A stretch of 36,016 nucleotides of DNA from a virus (lineage: Duplodnaviria; Caudoviricetes), in IMG/VR virus record IMGVR_UViG_3300025132_000127, positions 1 to 36,016 of that record. One strand, 5' to 3'. Made by a program: the position numbers and the translations under genes. This document shows, one piece after another, positions 35,101 through 36,016 of this stretch; the first letter of the stretch is position 1, and each line of letters starts with the position of its first letter. The notes below the pieces were generated by a model. It was not told the DNA's origin, searched no databases, and saw only the letters and a list, made by a program, of their open reading frames with translations.

Positions 35101-36014
35101 TTTTGTAGCTTGTTAGCCTTGGCAACCCACTCATCCCAACTTTCGTTGATGAAGTTTTCGTTGTGGATTTCCTGAGCGACATTGAAAGCGTTACGAACTT
35201 TTTCGTTGGTAGATATGTTGGCGCGGCTCGGATCTCCTTTTACCTTTTTCTCTCCCTTCGCATCGCGAGCGTCACGATTTTTCCACTTCAATGCCTTACC
35301 AACAGACCTCTTCATGCGTTTCGCTGCTCGGGCGGCACCCTCGGCTCGCGTTCTGGGAGCTGAAAGCTGGATATTTGGAGAGGTTGAATCGAAACGCCGA
35401 CTAAGTGGAATGACGTTGCCGTCTGAGTCCTTGGTAACCGGGTCTGCGGATTTACTTTGATTGGAATCGAATGCGATATACCAATCCGCGCCGCTCGCTC
35501 CCTCCGCGCCATAATCAGCAAAAGTGTTTTTCAGTAGGACTCCATCGTAACCCTGTGACTTGAGGTCATTCACAAATGCCTGTGTATCACCAAATTGCTC
35601 ACCTCCAGTGAACTCACGCCAAGCGTTTATGAGACCATAGAATGGTTCATTCTCTTTCACTCGCGCATCAATCTCATTGGAATCTGCGAGAAACTGTTGA
35701 AAGAATTCTTTTGCCTCTTTCCGATCCTCAACGCCTTCAGCATTGTCTGCCTGCGTCGCTACTGTCTCAAGAAGTCCTCTACGGGTGGCAAGTTTCCTCA
35801 AATCCCCCTCGTGCATTTCTGGACTCACGTTCTTCAATTCAAACGTCAGAGGATTATTCATCTTCAGGAATTGACGGTAGGTGGTTGCGCTCATGGCATA
35901 CCGATTTGTCTGAGATTCCTCTGTTGTGAACCAAGTTCCGATGGCATCTAATGATCTGGGGAAACTATGCTTCCCGGGGTCGAACGCTTTAATGTAGGAA
36001 GACTTGCTCCCATG
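32109..36014 (-). CDS. Giant internal virion/ejection (polyvalent) protein, 5' truncated, with ART-PolyVal-like domain
   Basis: The frame stays open to the window edge: HGSKSSYIKAFDPGK...IGTWFTT...RYA...FLKMNNPL...GYDGV...YIAFDSNQSKSAD. The helical C-terminus FDYGRIDPL...DKTMLRGI...IVPN...DAYGE resembles podophage internal virion/LPD38-type regions. Confidence 0.82.
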   Translation of the reverse strand, partial: HGSKSSYIKAFDPGKHSFPRSLDAIGTWFTTEESQTNRYAMSATTYRQFLKMNNPLTFELKNVSPEMHEGDLRKLATRRGLLETVATQADNAEGVEDRKEAKEFFQQFLADSNEIDARVKENEPFYGLINAWREFTGGEQFGDTQAFVNDLKSQGYDGVLLKNTFADYGAEGASGADWYIAFDSNQSKSADPVTKDSDGNVIPLSRRFDSTSPNIQLSAPRTRAEGAARAAKRMKRSVGKALKWKNRDARDAKGEKKVKGDPSRANISTNEKVRNAFNVAQEIHNENFINESWDEWVAKANKLQKATPASDVELQIFQIAERFGSGSTPEFQIVAKRVVANRLQQAMASGVQSDIDYALALAQAEQEMRSDIARSMAAMRDPFQSPAQRAAYALGTMIHTAPTSQVNALKKKHGGGVGESVPSTNKKAYNDDLRKMQNYRVEQSRKLLEKEGIKIEEIFNAQKEGVGINTKADTETLAKMTEKQSKVVNMVREGFEPKEIKMQTGVSPEGQKKAVEKYRKLLEPKVKNLIERGYTPETIDSYARGEAPPEGSREAKKEDVEEIMSKSFGVGLKKKKGFNINDPRQVMAVARVLDDLDLDWISRATGSWYANVFSMKTVMVNLMSIPFAGYRMIGERSAEMIVNSLVKNPKNAQFGEFKYMAEGLKTYYAMAFTQGYLAFDTERAYFNTFAKGKGGPYEQAAGESHEDVRGYQMGHLMDYFDMALEKAGVNIKYPNMIRRAAGQKGAIKKFELGKASRGILRFNMGVDEFMRFIIAGTEVGAIAYRLGRSKGLKGDALKEFVKMEMTVQGSSSWEMAADQADVSVFTKDLPDSYKNTPKGPLELFAYLANKFDQSLKGVDKALLGEKVMHRSTSDGMSKLINIARLDAMRVGVNLTRVTLMPFTRVLMNIIREGGSRVPNPLTVVISLQRMWSYMANNRGNPDPVAAKAVSDFSSQMQSMLITYMIYGMVEGDEDDREKFILMTGSMPKFGPQATEKRAAAYREGMGPYRIRVGGLTFDYGRIDPLALTLGTTIDLIREFKLNRRGEKDIPASLQTLAFDTVVGQLTDKTMLRGINDTFSMATGKLPVSKFAARQFTTFIVPNILRQPLRDSNTFYDHNLSEGGWADFQNTLLYEMYPNAEDKLGGAIPKNPWSIPPSGIDAYGEKVKRPSALTEKSSMLTPLEWIFRPQEYKPNRFDQIVRREQRRDPGNENIKMPGAVSKKYTYKNPSTGQSESHKMSGEQTEIFHRLYRQFWRQERGSATTAEEIASTKRNASKLAREVAMKDPRFLRAAREQSRKKKK

Positions 36015-36016
36015 AT

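Noticed and set aside
1-36016. Stop-codon reassignment, introns/inteins or prophage integration functions
   Set aside because: Genes are full length and tightly packed under the standard code with all three stops used. TerL and DnaB show no obvious insertions, and no integrase or host genes are seen.

Overview
The window is a 36 kb internal fragment of a tailed dsDNA bacteriophage (Caudoviricetes, probably short-tailed). All family calls come from motif recognition by eye; no database search was run. Two convergent arms meet at an intrinsic terminator near 9.5 kb. The + strand arm (0.47-9.27 kb) is a replication/recombination module: a Zn-ribbon protein with an SSB-type tail, an HNH-like protein, a CHC2/TOPRIM primase, a PD-(D/E)xK exonuclease, an OB-fold protein, a DnaB helicase, a LexA-type DNA-binding-domain protein and a RusA-like resolvase. 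The - strand arm is the late module. In transcription order it carries a giant ejection-type protein with an ART-PolyVal-like domain (truncated by the window edge), portal, scaffold, N4-gp56-like major capsid protein, two adaptor-like proteins, a fibre, a one-gene spanin candidate, an RcGTA-type head-spike pair, holin, M15 endolysin, a membrane PAS-domain protein, terminase large subunit, a cluster of small basic proteins, a zincin peptidase and a metallophosphoesterase. A two-gene + strand cassette (virion-like protein plus glycosyltransferase) interrupts the head operon. The host is probably Gram-negative (lipoprotein spanin) and seems not to rely on Shine-Dalgarno initiation. The most unusual items are: a PAS-domain membrane protein in the lysis cassette; a structured intergenic RNA candidate exposing anti-AUG sequences; an apparent Trypco2-like domain split across two tail-region genes; and a motif shared by three small basic proteins. 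I saw no integrase, tRNA, CRISPR array or reverse transcriptase.
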